A stretch of DNA of 64,000 nucleotides, from contig OZ250169.1 in the NCBI GenBank assembly GCA_965237955.1, positions 1,504,001 through 1,568,000 of the forward strand, written 5' to 3'. This document shows, piece by piece, positions 40,475-51,220 of this stretch. The position numbers were made by a program, and so were the translations under genes. Under the pieces are notes generated by a model. That model was not told the DNA's origin. It made no database searches and worked only from the letters and a program-made list of their open reading frames with translations. The number at the start of each line of letters is the position of its first letter. Within the stretch, counting starts at the first letter, position 1. The stretch is from Candidatus Marinacidobacterales bacterium. Lineage in GTDB: Bacteria; Acidobacteriota; Vicinamibacteria; Marinacidobacterales; SMYC01.

Positions 40475-42029
40475 TTACCGAGCTCCGATCTGACCGCGGA
40501 TTTCTCCTTCGGGATTCGTGGTTGTATGAACGCTCAAGTAGAGCTCGCCGTTTCCGAGTGCGGCGAGGAAACCAGAGAAATCTCCCGCGAACGGGCCCAC
40601 GAGATCGGCTTCGGTGAGGTTCCCTCGAGTCAATCGACCGCTGACGCGGCCGTCTGGGGCGGCCGGCCCGTAGAGCGTCGCGACGATGGGGCCGTTCTCG
40701 TTCGGGAGGCCGGCGCGAATGTGCGCTTCGGTTACGTCATCGATGCGGCGGACGGCGAGTACGTGCCTGAGCTCGATGTCACCTGGTAGCAATCGCAAAT
40801 TCAGCGCCCCTTTGGCACGCGTGTCTACGAACGTATTGTTTCCATCAACGTCCTGGGCGACAACTTGCGTGCCCTTCAGCCGGGCTCTGAACCTCCGCGC
40901 GCCCGAGCGGAGAGGCGTCACCGTGACGCGGACCGTCGGGCCGCCCCAGCCATGGGTCGATGGAACCAAGTCGTCTCCGCCGCCAACGCCGGCATGCGGA
41001 AAGATGCGCCCGCCTTCTGCGAGAGTGGGATCGCTCACGAACGTACCCGCGTCCGCAGACGTGACCCCAAGGAAAGATTGACAAGCCGGTACGAGGTCGG
41101 CGAAGTCCTCGGTGTTGATCTCGGTGCCGGCGTCTCTGACGCCGGGGAAATACACGCTCACGCCCCTCGTCGGCAAACTCACCCGATTGAGTCCGGTGAA
41201 TCCGTCGTTCGTGCACACCAGCTTGGACGCCACCGAAAGGAACTTGGCACGCTGGTTGGCTTCGATGAGGATGTTGGTCGAGCTACCAAGAAGTGTCCCT
41301 CCCGGATCGCTCCCGGGCACGAGCGCTCCGGTCGCTCCGGTGGCGATATCGGAGACGCGGGCATCAGCGCCAAGCCATGTCACGAGCGGGGCACTATCAC
41401 CGTTCTCGGCGAGCGCCTGAATCTCCGCGCTTGCGGGGCGACGAGGCCGGTAAAGCCGCACGCGGCCGGTGTGGGTCGCCACCACCGGCGCGGTGAGCGC
41501 TTGACCCCCGGTAAGGTTCTCGACGGTGACGCGATAGGAGTACTGAGGGGCTTCGACCGCGACGAAGCTCGCGTCGACGGCCAGATCATCCGGTGACGAC
41601 ACATGCGGCGCTACCACTGCACGCTCCGGTCCATGAGACGAACGTCGAGCCACTCGTCGGGATCGCTGTCAGTGTCACCCTGGTGCTGTGAGGATAACTC
41701 TCCGAGCAGTCGCTGCCGCAGCTGATGCCCGGAAGTCCACTCACGATCGTCCCCGCGCCGTCACCAGACGTGGTGACCGTCAGCGTTCGAGAACCCGGGT
41801 CGGTGATCGCTTCGCGGAGGTCGAGTCGCGGCTTGGTGATGCCGTTGCGGAAATCGGTGACCGGGTTACCCGAAGTCTTCAATGCTGCTTCGACGGTCGG
41901 GACCGTTGCCGACGGGTCGAGCTGTTTGAACACCGCCCACGCACCGGTAACGTGCGGGGCCGCCATCGACGTCCCGCTGAAGCTGGCGAAGCCTCCGAGG
42001 GGAACCGAGGAAGTGACGCGCACGCCCGG
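40475..42029 (-). pseudogene. S8 subtilase C-terminus + InlB B-repeat-like + Spondin_N + CHRD protein; 5' cut by IS5, frameshift near 41620
   Basis: SGTSMAAPHVTG; LTVTTSGDGAGTIVS...CGSDC; VTVENLT.GQ...LAENGD...TNDGF...DAGTE; AHI...YLSVHTTTNPEGEIRGQ. Confidence 0.8.
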
Positions 42030-43116
42030 TGCCTTGGTGCACAACTCCGATAGAGGCCGATAGCTCGCTTGGCCCCGACTCCCATCATCCGATCATCTCG
42101 CTATCAGGCATCCCGAGCGCCGTCATCGTGTTGAGAATCTTGCACCCGATCCTTGCCTCGACTCTCTGTGCCGCCAACCCTCTCGCTCGCATCGCTGAGC
42201 CCACGATAGCCTTGTAGCGATGGAACGTTGTCTCGACTTTGCTCCGTTTGCTGTAGCCCGATTCTGTGTGCCACTTTCGTTTGCCGAGCCGAGCTTGTGC
42301 TGCAATGTTGCGATTGCGCTGTCGGCTGCTCGCCGGCCCCGATGCGAGCTGGGCGCCCTTGCGCGGCGGTATCAGCACCCTCGGTGAGCAATGAGCGCTG
42401 TGATTCTCGATTGCCTCATAGACACCGCCGGCGTCGTATGCGGTGTCAGCTCTAGCCGATGAGATGGGACTGTCGATCTGTCCGACAAGCGATGCAACCC
42501 GCGATGAATCGCGGGCTCTTTTGCTCGTCAGCTCGCCGGCGACGACTTCGCCACTCTGCTCGTCGACACACAGATGGAGCTTGCGATAGTCCCTGCTCTT
42601 TGGTGCTCTGCGCAGCTGGCCGGCGTGGACAGCGAGACCGCTGCTGTCGATCAAGATGTGCAACGGCGTCTTCTGCTTGTCTTGGTAGAAGGGGACCTTA
42701 CCCAGCTTCGCCTTGCGCCTCGAGATCGTGGTGTGATCGGGCACATCATTGTCTAGCTTCATCAGAGCGAACAACGATCGCAGCAATCCCTCGCTCTGCC
42801 TAGATGACAGATGAAACACCATGCCCAGGGTGACAGCCGTCTCGATGGCGTGGTTCGAGTACTTGCGTTGACGGCCCGGTTTCCTCCTCCTCGGCCGGGG
42901 CGCGTCCCAGTTCACAAGCTTGCCGGCGGTGAGCGAGATCCAGACGGTCAGGCTCCCACGGTTGCGTAGACCCGCCTCATATTCACGCCAATTCCTCACG
43001 CGATAGGCCTTCTTCACATACTTCCGCTGAGTGCGTTTGAAAATGCTCATGGGGAACCTCGAATCCGTGAGTAAAGGACAATTGTGGACCGAGATCGCGA
43101 GTTGTGCACCAAGGCA
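42030..43116 (-). mobile_element. IS5-family element, copy 2 (transposase 42085-43050)
   Basis: Same 18-bp TIRs and ORF as copy 1; no TSD. Confidence 0.95.
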
Positions 43117-43346
43117 CCAGGCAGGTGCGTGTGCATCGTCGACTTCTGCCCCGCGGGGCGACGTGTCCGGATGACCCTCACGAGGTCGTTCTCGAACTCG
43201 ACCGTGTTGATGTCCGGTTCCACATCCACGGCGTTGAGCGAGGTCGGCACCATCGCTCTTTCGGTAGACTCCGTCGGCGCAGGCTCTTCGGCAGGCTGGC
43301 AGCCGACGACGCCCGCGAGCACGATGAAAATCAAGACGCTTCTCAC
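43117..43346 (-). pseudogene. Cupin-like lipoprotein, 3'-truncated by IS5
   Basis: Lipobox VVGC; FENDLVRVIR....G.KSTMHTH.P. Confidence 0.65.
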
Positions 43347-43530
43347 GTTCCCACCTCCAATTCAAGGATGTATTTACCACTACATCTTCACCGTCTCTAA
43401 TCGCGCACGGCGCTATCCGTTCTGACGACCATCGACGCGCCATTACCGTAACGCTCCGTCAGGTGTCCCGTCGAAAACTCGACGGAACACCAACCGCCGG
43501 CAGTCGGAGTTTCTGGTACGCTTTCTCGCG

Positions 43531-44631
43531 ATGGATATTCGGCCGGTTTCGGCAGAAGGTAGAACCCTGGGCGGTTTGGATTTTTTCTGGCTCTGGGCCG
43601 GGGTGGCCATCTCGCTGGCATAAATTTGGGCCGGCGGGTTTCTTGCACCGATGGGTTTCTGGCTTGCGTTTTGGGCCATCATCCTCGGACACGTCTTCGG
43701 CAACACGCTCATGGCGCTCGGCGGCGTCATCGGCTCGGATCACGGGATACCGGCGATGGTCTCGGTGCGGCCGTCGTTCGGTGTTCGCGGCTCCAACTTC
43801 GCGTCGATTCTGAATGTCGTGCAGCTCGTGTGTTGGGCGTCGATCATGCTGATCATCGGTGGCCGCGCGGGCGCGATGCTCGGCGAGCCGATGGGAGGCA
43901 TCCTCGCGTCGAATCGCTTCTGGATCGTGTGTATCGGTGCGGGGACGCTCGGCTGGGCTCTTTTCACCGGGCGGAGGGTGTGGAAAGTTCTCCAGGCGGT
44001 CGCGGTCATCGGTTTGCTCGCCGTTATCTCGATTCTGAGCTTCGAGACCTACCAGTCGTTCATCGACAGTCCGGACGCGCTTCGACCACGCCCTGGCGCG
44101 ATGCCATCCATGCCATTCATGACCGGTCTCGACCTCGTGATCGCGATGCCGATATCGTGGCTGCCGCTGGTCGCGGACTACTCGCGGTTTGCACGTCGAG
44201 GGGCCGGCGCTTTCTGGAGTACATGGTGGGGCTATTTCCTAGTATCGTCGTGGATGTTCGTCCTCGGCCTGATGGCGACGCTCGTCACCGGAATCGTTTC
44301 GATCCTCATCGCGCTCGTGTTCCCGATGGAGCGCTATGAGAGCTTTCTCTATTTCATCGGAGCGATGTTCGTACCGCTCTTCGGCATCGTGCTGACGGAC
44401 TACTTCCTCGTTCGAAAACGCGATTTGGACGTGAACGAGCTCTACAAAACGCGCGGATCGTACTGGTACTCCAACGGGTTCAACGTCACCGCCTTGATCG
44501 CATGGGTTGCCGGTTTCGCCACCTACAAGCTTATCGAGACGCTCCAATACCCCATCGGCGCCTCGCTACCTTCCATCGTCGTGTCGGCGGTCCTTTATTA
44601 TTGTTGCACCCTCGCGCGACCCCGCCCTTGA
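43531..44631 (+). pseudogene. cytX: CytX-like hydroxymethylpyrimidine (NCS1) transporter with premature TAA at 43621 and an internal deletion
   Basis: LWAGVAISLA*IWAG, RPSFGVRGS, AMPISWLPLVADYSR, FLYFIGAMFVPL; TM segments missing after ATLVTG. Confidence 0.75.
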
Positions 44632-44750
44632 GCGCGCACAAGACCCGCAGTTTTTACGCTATAATCAACTTGACTGGTCCTTTCATTTGACATCTTTCCA
44701 CTGAACACACCAAGGCAATACCACCGCACACAAACTCGACTGGGAGCTCC

Positions 44751-46160
44751 ATGAGTACCACTGTGACATCCAACAACACCTTTAGAGAGTTCGACTTATC
44801 CGAAGCAACCCTCCATTCTCTCGACGAAATGGGCTACGAGCATCCGACCGCCGTGCAGCAGGAGACCATCCCGCTCGGCCTTTCGGGAAAAGACCTCGTC
44901 GTTCAATCCCGCACCGGCACCGGCAAGACGGCCGCGTTCGGGATTCCCATCGTCGAGAAGATCGACGCCGACGAGCCCGTCGTCCAAGCAATCGTGCTGG
45001 CGCCCACGCGAGAGCTCACCGCGCAAGTCTGTGAAGAGCTTGGCCGCATCGGCTCGGGTCGCGGTCTGCGCGTGCAAGCAATCTACGGCGGCGATTCGAT
45101 CGGAAAACAGATCGACGGCATCCGCGGCGGCGCTCAAATCGTCGTGGGGACGCCCGGGCGGGTCCTCGACCTGCTGAAGCGTGGCGAGTTGAAGCTCGAC
45201 CGCGTGAACACGCTCGTCCTCGACGAAGCCGACAAGATGCTCGACATGGGCTTCGCCCAGGAGATGAGCGAGATCATGAAGTTCATCCCCGCCGAGCGGC
45301 ACACGTGTTTGTTCTCGGCGACCGTTCCTCTTGGAATCTGCGGGCTCATCCACAACTACTTGAAGGACCCGACCTGGGTGTCGCTGTCCGAAGACTTCGC
45401 TTACGTTCGCGAAGTGCGGCACACCTACATCATCGCTCCGGCGGCGCACAAAGAGCGGGTCCTCTACAAGGTCATCGAGCTCGACCAGCCCACATCGTCG
45501 ATGATCTTCTGCAACACGCGCAGCGAAGTCCGCTCGGTATCCGCGTTTCTCGCTCGTCAAGGTCTGCCGGTCGCGATGATCTCGAGTGATTTGACGCAGC
45601 AAAAACGCGAGCAGGTCATGGCCGGCTTCCGCACCGGCAAGATTCGACATCTCGTCGCCACCGACGTCGCCGCTCGCGGGATCGATATCGACGAGCTCTC
45701 CCACGTTTTCATCTATTCGACCCCGGATTCGCCGGAGGACTACATCCATCGGGCCGGGAGAACCGGTCGTGTTGGCCGCGCAGGCGACGTCGTCTCGTTG
45801 GTTGCAGCGCTGGATCTCGTGAACTTCAACCGGCTCGCGAATCGGTACGAGCTCGAGCTCATCGAAAGAGAGATTCCCTCCGACGAGGAGATCATCAAAC
45901 ACCGCGACCAGCGACTCGTTGCACAACTTCTCGCCGAAGCCAAAGAGGTTTCACCGGAGGAGCGCGAAAGCCTGGACGAGTTCGTCTCCGGGCTCCTGAG
46001 TCACGACGACGCGAAGACGATCGTCTCCTACCTAGTGCACCGCCGCCTCGCGGAAGCACCGAAAGACGCCGACAAAGAAGAATCGACAACCGAAGAGCGC
46101 GCGCCAAAGAACCCCGAGCGCAAACGCCGCCGTCGTCCGCGCCGCCCACGCCGCGATTAG
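44751..46160 (+). CDS. DEAD-box RNA helicase
   Basis: RTGTGKT, PTREL, GTPGR, DEAD, SAT, HRAGRTGR; basic tail. Confidence 0.95.
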   Translation: MSTTVTSNNTFREFDLSEATLHSLDEMGYEHPTAVQQETIPLGLSGKDLVVQSRTGTGKTAAFGIPIVEKIDADEPVVQAIVLAPTRELTAQVCEELGRIGSGRGLRVQAIYGGDSIGKQIDGIRGGAQIVVGTPGRVLDLLKRGELKLDRVNTLVLDEADKMLDMGFAQEMSEIMKFIPAERHTCLFSATVPLGICGLIHNYLKDPTWVSLSEDFAYVREVRHTYIIAPAAHKERVLYKVIELDQPTSSMIFCNTRSEVRSVSAFLARQGLPVAMISSDLTQQKREQVMAGFRTGKIRHLVATDVAARGIDIDELSHVFIYSTPDSPEDYIHRAGRTGRVGRAGDVVSLVAALDLVNFNRLANRYELELIEREIPSDEEIIKHRDQRLVAQLLAEAKEVSPEERESLDEFVSGLLSHDDAKTIVSYLVHRRLAEAPKDADKEESTTEERAPKNPERKRRRRPRRPRRD

Positions 46161-46163
46161 CGC

Positions 46164-47749
46164 CTACGGGACGAGCTCGAACACAGTCTCGTTCTCGGTT
46201 CGATAGATCCGGTTCAAGCCGGGCTCGGCGGTCATGCCCTCCTCCATCCGCGCGGCGCGCACTCGCAGGTAACGGTCGCGGTGCAAGATCACATAGCGAA
46301 AACCTAGCCGGCGCAAGAGCGCGACGCCGTCGGCATCGGGAAAGGTCTTCATCGACTCCGCGATCTCTGCATAGACCGGCGGAACGACGGTGGCGTAACC
46401 GTTCGCGAGCGGCTGGTAGTGCACCGTCGACCAGTACAGGTAGACGGCGTTGTCGCGTTGTCGTTTGACCGGCGGTAGCGGCATCTCGACGATGGGTACC
46501 CGCCCCTCTTCCTCGGCAAGCCACCGGTAGACCTCTGGAACCTCCGGAGCTTTGGCGTACGGGATCGGACCGCCGAACGACTCGACCAGCGGGAAGACGA
46601 TGAAAAGTGGAGCGAGGATTTTCGCTGGAAACCGACGGAACAAGACCGCGGCTCCTTGCGCCGCGAGAATCGCGACCGCGAACAACACGTAGATCGATAT
46701 TCTCGGAGGCACGCGCACGCCGCTAAGGCCTGGAACGAGCGCGTGCAACCAGCGGTAGAGCCCCCATGCGGGGCCGAGACTCGCCCATAGCGCTAGGGCG
46801 CCAATCAAGAGAAACAAGGCCGTTGAGCGATTCAGCCTGAAGATCGCAACAGCGCTCAAGCCGAGTGCCAACAATCCGGGGAAGAGTGTGCGCTCGGGTG
46901 ACGGCGGCTTCAGCCCGACGGACTGATGGAGATGCGAACCTGAGCGCAGGTAATCCGTCGGCCGTGCCGAAGCGCGTTGCAAGCGGTGGAGCGGCCGCTC
47001 GAGCCGGAAGCTGTCGCCCATGCGCATGAACGGCAGCGCGAGCGGCAAAAACGCGAGGCCCGACAACGTGAGCGCAAGGCCGAGGCCGACCACGCGCTTT
47101 TTCTGTCGGAGCGCACTCGTACGCCACAGCTCGTAAGGGATCGCAAAGCCGAGGAGCACCCACGTGAACATGCCGTAGTAGGCGGACGACGCGGACACGA
47201 GCCAGAGGAACACCGCGATACCGACCGCGTGACGCGTGCGTCCTTCTTCCAGAAACCGGCGCAGACACAAATACAAAAGCGGAATGTAGCCGGCGGCCTG
47301 CAGTTGAACGTGCTCGAGGTGATTCAACCGGTAAGCGGCGAACGCAAACACGCTTCCGGCGACCGCACCGGCAGCGCGTGAGCCGGTCACGTACCAGCCG
47401 AGCCGATAGGCACCGTAGCCCGAGATAGCGATCGACAACAGCATGGCGACGTTGAGGGTGAGCAGTGCGTCGCCAAAGATCCATTGGAGCGGCGCGAGCG
47501 GCACCGCGAGGCCGATCATGGGGTCGGTGTATGCAAGGGTTCCCTTTTCAGGATAGAAACGATTGGAGTCGAACAGATGAACCGGATCGCGCGGTAGCTG
47601 GTGTGCGACCCAAGCGAGCGCCCACGCGTCCAACAACGGATCGGAGTGGTCCGTCGTCGCCGTCCGGATGTCGCGTGCCAGGGGATAGGTGAAGACAGCG
47701 GCGCCCGCCAGGTAGAGGACGAACACGATGATTTCGCAACCGCGCATGT
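46164..47749 (-). CDS. Polytopic membrane glycosyltransferase-like (GT-C/YfhO-like) protein
   Basis: DPLLDAWALAW, LFDSNRFYPEKGTLAYTD, RVPPR, PLANGY; start approximate. Confidence 0.75.
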
Positions 47750-47803
47750 ATCGGCACGGCATTATCGGTCGTCTCGGAGCCCGAGACAACTTAGAATACC
47801 GCC

Positions 47804-49471
47804 GTGATATGTCGACGAACCGCGCTCGCGCTCATCGCCCTGCTCACGACGACATGTGCTCGGGAAGAGCCGAAGCCACTCGTGGTGATGATCGCCGTCG
47901 ATGGCGCCACACCCGAAACGATCACCGAGCTTCGCGCACACGGCAAGCTTCCCGAGATCGATCGTCTCATCCGTCGAGGAACGTGGGGCCCTATGGAATC
48001 GCTCGCGGCCCGGCGACGATTGAGGCCGCGGCCGCGACGAGGCTACTGGTCACCCATCGTGTGGGCGTCCATGGCGACGGGTAAAGTGCCGGACAAGCAC
48101 GGCATCGTCGACTTCCTGCTTCCGGTACCGGGAACGTCGTTCGCATGGATCGGCTCGGACGTTGGACCGCCCGAGGCCACCCTCCACGTCCCCGAGCTCG
48201 TCGGCCCACCGCCCCATGAGTTGCACCTGAGACTACGCAGCTACGCGCCAAACGGGGTCCAGGACGTCGCAGTCACGATGAACGGCAACGCGCTCGGCGC
48301 GGTGGAGGTCGGAGTGGAGTTTCTAGACTTCGTGCTCCCGATTCCCCCGGATGCTACGCGGCCTGCTCAGAACACGATCGCGCTCGCGTTCGAGCGACAA
48401 TCGCGTCCGTCGGACCATGGTCCGTCGAACGACCATCGCATGCTCGCGGGCGCGCTCGCGTCGCTACGCGTCACCGCTTCCAACGAAGCCCCGGTGGTGG
48501 AGTTCGATCCCATCTACGATCGGTTCGCGCTCGTCGGCGGGTTTCACCAGCCGGAAGCCAAGGTCGTCGAGGCAGGAAGCGGGCACATGCGCGCGCAACC
48601 GGTGTGGAGTCTTTTGGGCCAGCTCGGTCACCCCGTGGGCGTCGTGGGGTATTGGAATACGTGGCCCGCGTACGAAGTCAACGGGTTTCTCGTCAGCTCC
48701 CACATGGGCGTTCGGGGGAAACGTCAAGGCATCGATACCCAGCTGACGTGGCCGCCCGAGCTCGTGGACGACGTCGAAGCGCTCGCGCCCGATGAAGCGG
48801 CGATGGAGCGACTCACGAGAGAGCTCTACCCGGCGTCGTGCACGCCGCTCGAGGCGAAGAGCCTCGCGAGCTTCGAGCGCATTTTGTGGCAGGACGCTTT
48901 CTATTTTCGGATTGCACGCAACCTGCTTCCGACGATGGAGCACGGCTTTTTCACCGTCTATTTCGAATCGGTCGATGCGAGCGGTCATCTCTTCTTGCCG
49001 CTGAGCTACGGTGCCGAGCTAGCCCCTGGTTGTCCCGAATCGGTCAGAGAGGTCGTCGACAAGACGTACATGCAGATCGACAAGTGGGTGGGCGAGCTCG
49101 TGCGCGAGCTTCCCGAGCACGCGATCGTGATGCTGGTCTCCGATCACGGCATGGCACCGGGAGGCGATCGCGGACTGCATGCGCCCTTCGGCGTCTTCCT
49201 CGCAGCCGGCGCAGGCTTTCGTCGAGGTGGGCAAACGCGCGGCATGACGATTCTCGATGTCGCGCCCACGGTGTTGCACGCGCTCGGCGAGCCCGTTCCT
49301 CTCGACATGGACGGCAAAGTGGGCGCGTCGAGCTTCGAGGCCGCGTGGCTCGAAGCAAATCCTCCCCGCTATGTCGACGCGGATACGTCGCTCCTCCCCC
49401 TCACCGCTCCGACGGGAGAGGTCTCGGAAGAAATGCTCGAGCGGCTACGCTCTCTAGGTTACCTGGAGTAG
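47804..49471 (+). CDS. Alkaline phosphatase/nucleotide phosphodiesterase superfamily protein
   Basis: IAVDGA, SPIVWASMATG...HGI, VSDHG, LDVAPT, RLRSLGY. Confidence 0.85.
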   Translation: MICRRTALALIALLTTTCAREEPKPLVVMIAVDGATPETITELRAHGKLPEIDRLIRRGTWGPMESLAARRRLRPRPRRGYWSPIVWASMATGKVPDKHGIVDFLLPVPGTSFAWIGSDVGPPEATLHVPELVGPPPHELHLRLRSYAPNGVQDVAVTMNGNALGAVEVGVEFLDFVLPIPPDATRPAQNTIALAFERQSRPSDHGPSNDHRMLAGALASLRVTASNEAPVVEFDPIYDRFALVGGFHQPEAKVVEAGSGHMRAQPVWSLLGQLGHPVGVVGYWNTWPAYEVNGFLVSSHMGVRGKRQGIDTQLTWPPELVDDVEALAPDEAAMERLTRELYPASCTPLEAKSLASFERILWQDAFYFRIARNLLPTMEHGFFTVYFESVDASGHLFLPLSYGAELAPGCPESVREVVDKTYMQIDKWVGELVRELPEHAIVMLVSDHGMAPGGDRGLHAPFGVFLAAGAGFRRGGQTRGMTILDVAPTVLHALGEPVPLDMDGKVGASSFEAAWLEANPPRYVDADTSLLPLTAPTGEVSEEMLERLRSLGYLE

Positions 49472-49542
49472 CAAATCCCTCTCCCCCTTGGGGCAGAGGT
49501 TATTGTGAAGTAGACTGCCTCGGCGTTTCCGAGAGGCTCGAC

Positions 49543-50283
49543 ATGAAACCAATCCTTTTCTTCGCGGCTGCGTTCGCCGTTGCGTTCGCAGCGACGGCTC
49601 AAAACGTCTCCACCGACCACTACCAGGAGTTGAAGTACCGGCACATCGGACCCGTCGGCAATCGGATCGCGTCCGTGGCCGGTGTGCCCGACGATCCACT
49701 GACGTATTACGCCGGCGCCGCCACCGGCGGCATTTGGAAGTCCGTGGATGGCGGCGAGTACTGGAAGCCGATCTTCGACGGCCAGCCCGACCACGCGATC
49801 GGCGCGCTCGCGGTGGCGCCGTCGGATCCGCAGATCGTTTGGGCGGGCACGGGCGAGCCCCACCTCCGCTCGAACGTTTCCATTGGCAGCGGCGTCTACA
49901 AATCCACCGACGGTGGTGAGACGTGGCAAGAGATGAACATGAAGTGGCCGAGCCGCACGGCCCGCATCGTCATCCACCCGACCAATCCCGACATCGTCTT
50001 CGTCGCGGCGCTCGGGCATCGTCACGGCCCGCAAAAAGAGCGCGGCATCTTCAGAACGCTCGACGGTGGCACGACGTGGAAACACGTTCTCGCAGTCGAC
50101 GAGAACACGGGAGCGTCGAGTCTCGAAATGGATCCGAACAACCCGCGCATTCTCTACGCGGGCATGTGGGAAGTCGTGATCCACACGTGGGGCCGAGAAA
50201 GCGGCGGCGAAGGGAGCGGGATCCACAAGTCCAAGGACGGGGGTGAGACTTGGACCGAGCTCGAGGGCAACGGCCTTCCCGAG
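49543..50283 (+). pseudogene. VPS10/BNR-repeat glycosyl hydrolase, N-terminal part fused to an IS remnant
   Basis: Signal peptide; YRHIGP, GGIWKSVDGG, KSTDGGETW Asp-boxes; sequence switches to transposase at about 50284. Confidence 0.85.
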
Positions 50284-50930
50284 CTGACAACCGGCATCCG
50301 AATCTACCTCCAAGCCGTCATCGACAATTTCAGTCGAAGGATTCTCGCTTGGCGGGTGAGCGAGAAGCTGAGCTCCGCGACAACGCGCGAGCTGCTCATC
50401 GAGGCCTCAGAGGACCTCCCTGACGCCGCAGCGAACGCAGGCGTGCTTGTCGTCAACCGACGGCGGTGCGGAGAATTTCGGCGAGGTAGATCAGCTTCTC
50501 GAGGATTCAAGTTCTCTCAGTCGTGTGCTCGCGCAAATCGACATTGTCTGCTCGAACTCTTTGATCGAAGCGTTTTGGCGACAATTGAAGCACACTTGGC
50601 TCTTCCTGAACACCCTCGACAGTACGGCGGCGGTGCGGCGTCTCGTCGCCTTCTACGTCGGTGAGCACAATGAAAAGGTCCCGCGCGCTCTTCTCGGCGC
50701 TCGTACACCAGACGAGGTGTACTTCGGCCGGGAGGAGAATCTGCGAGAGCGCCTCTCCGAGCAACGCAAGAGAGCGCAGCGGGTCAGAAGCGCGGCGAAT
50801 CGAGCAGCGAGTTGCTATCGCTGCGAATCTTCACGCGCGGGTCCCGCTGTGCGGATTGTTACCAGACCACAGGCTCGTCGAAGACCTGCTCGCAATTGTC
50901 CATGAGGTCTGTGTGAGCAGCACCGCTGCG
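50284..50930 (+). mobile_element. rve-type IS copy 3 (3' half)
   Basis: Homologous to about 8493-9140, including the right end AGCACCGCTGCG. Confidence 0.85.
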
Positions 50931-51072
50931 AGGGAACGGGAGCCGAACGGGAATCCGGCTCGACAAAGTTGACAACTTCGATGTCGCACCGACGATCACC
51001 TACCTGCTCGACCTGCAGATGAGCACCTTGAGCGGCAGAGTTCCTTTGGAAGCGTTGATCGATCCACCGTGA
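50931..51072 (+). pseudogene. AlkP-superfamily C-terminal remnant
   Basis: Hand translation: VDNFDVAPTITYLLDLQMSTLSGRVPLEAL. Confidence 0.45.
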
Positions 51073-51220
51073 GTCCTCGACGATCGGGAAGCCACGCGAA
51101 CACTTCCATCGGACAGCCTTCCGGATCGCTGAACCGAACGGAACGAACCGGCTTTACACTGGAGTTCTTGCACCGAGCACGTTTGCGTCGAGGGGTGACT
51201 CCAGGTCCACGGAGGAAGCG

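Noticed and set aside
42085-43443. Variable N-terminal extensions on the IS5 transposases
   Set aside because: The extensions lie outside the TIR; the true start is MSIFKR in all three copies
43350-43530. TPP riboswitch upstream of cytX
   Set aside because: No CTGAGA or other TPP core motif recognisable by eye
43621-43623. Recoding at the TAA in cytX and at the TAG near 54005
   Set aside because: Not UGA, not catalytic positions, and both genes have other lesions
48838-50664. 608-aa ORF as a novel hydrolase-integrase fusion
   Set aside because: Off-frame overlap, a truncated hydrolase and an IS remnant; a breakpoint, not an evolved fusion
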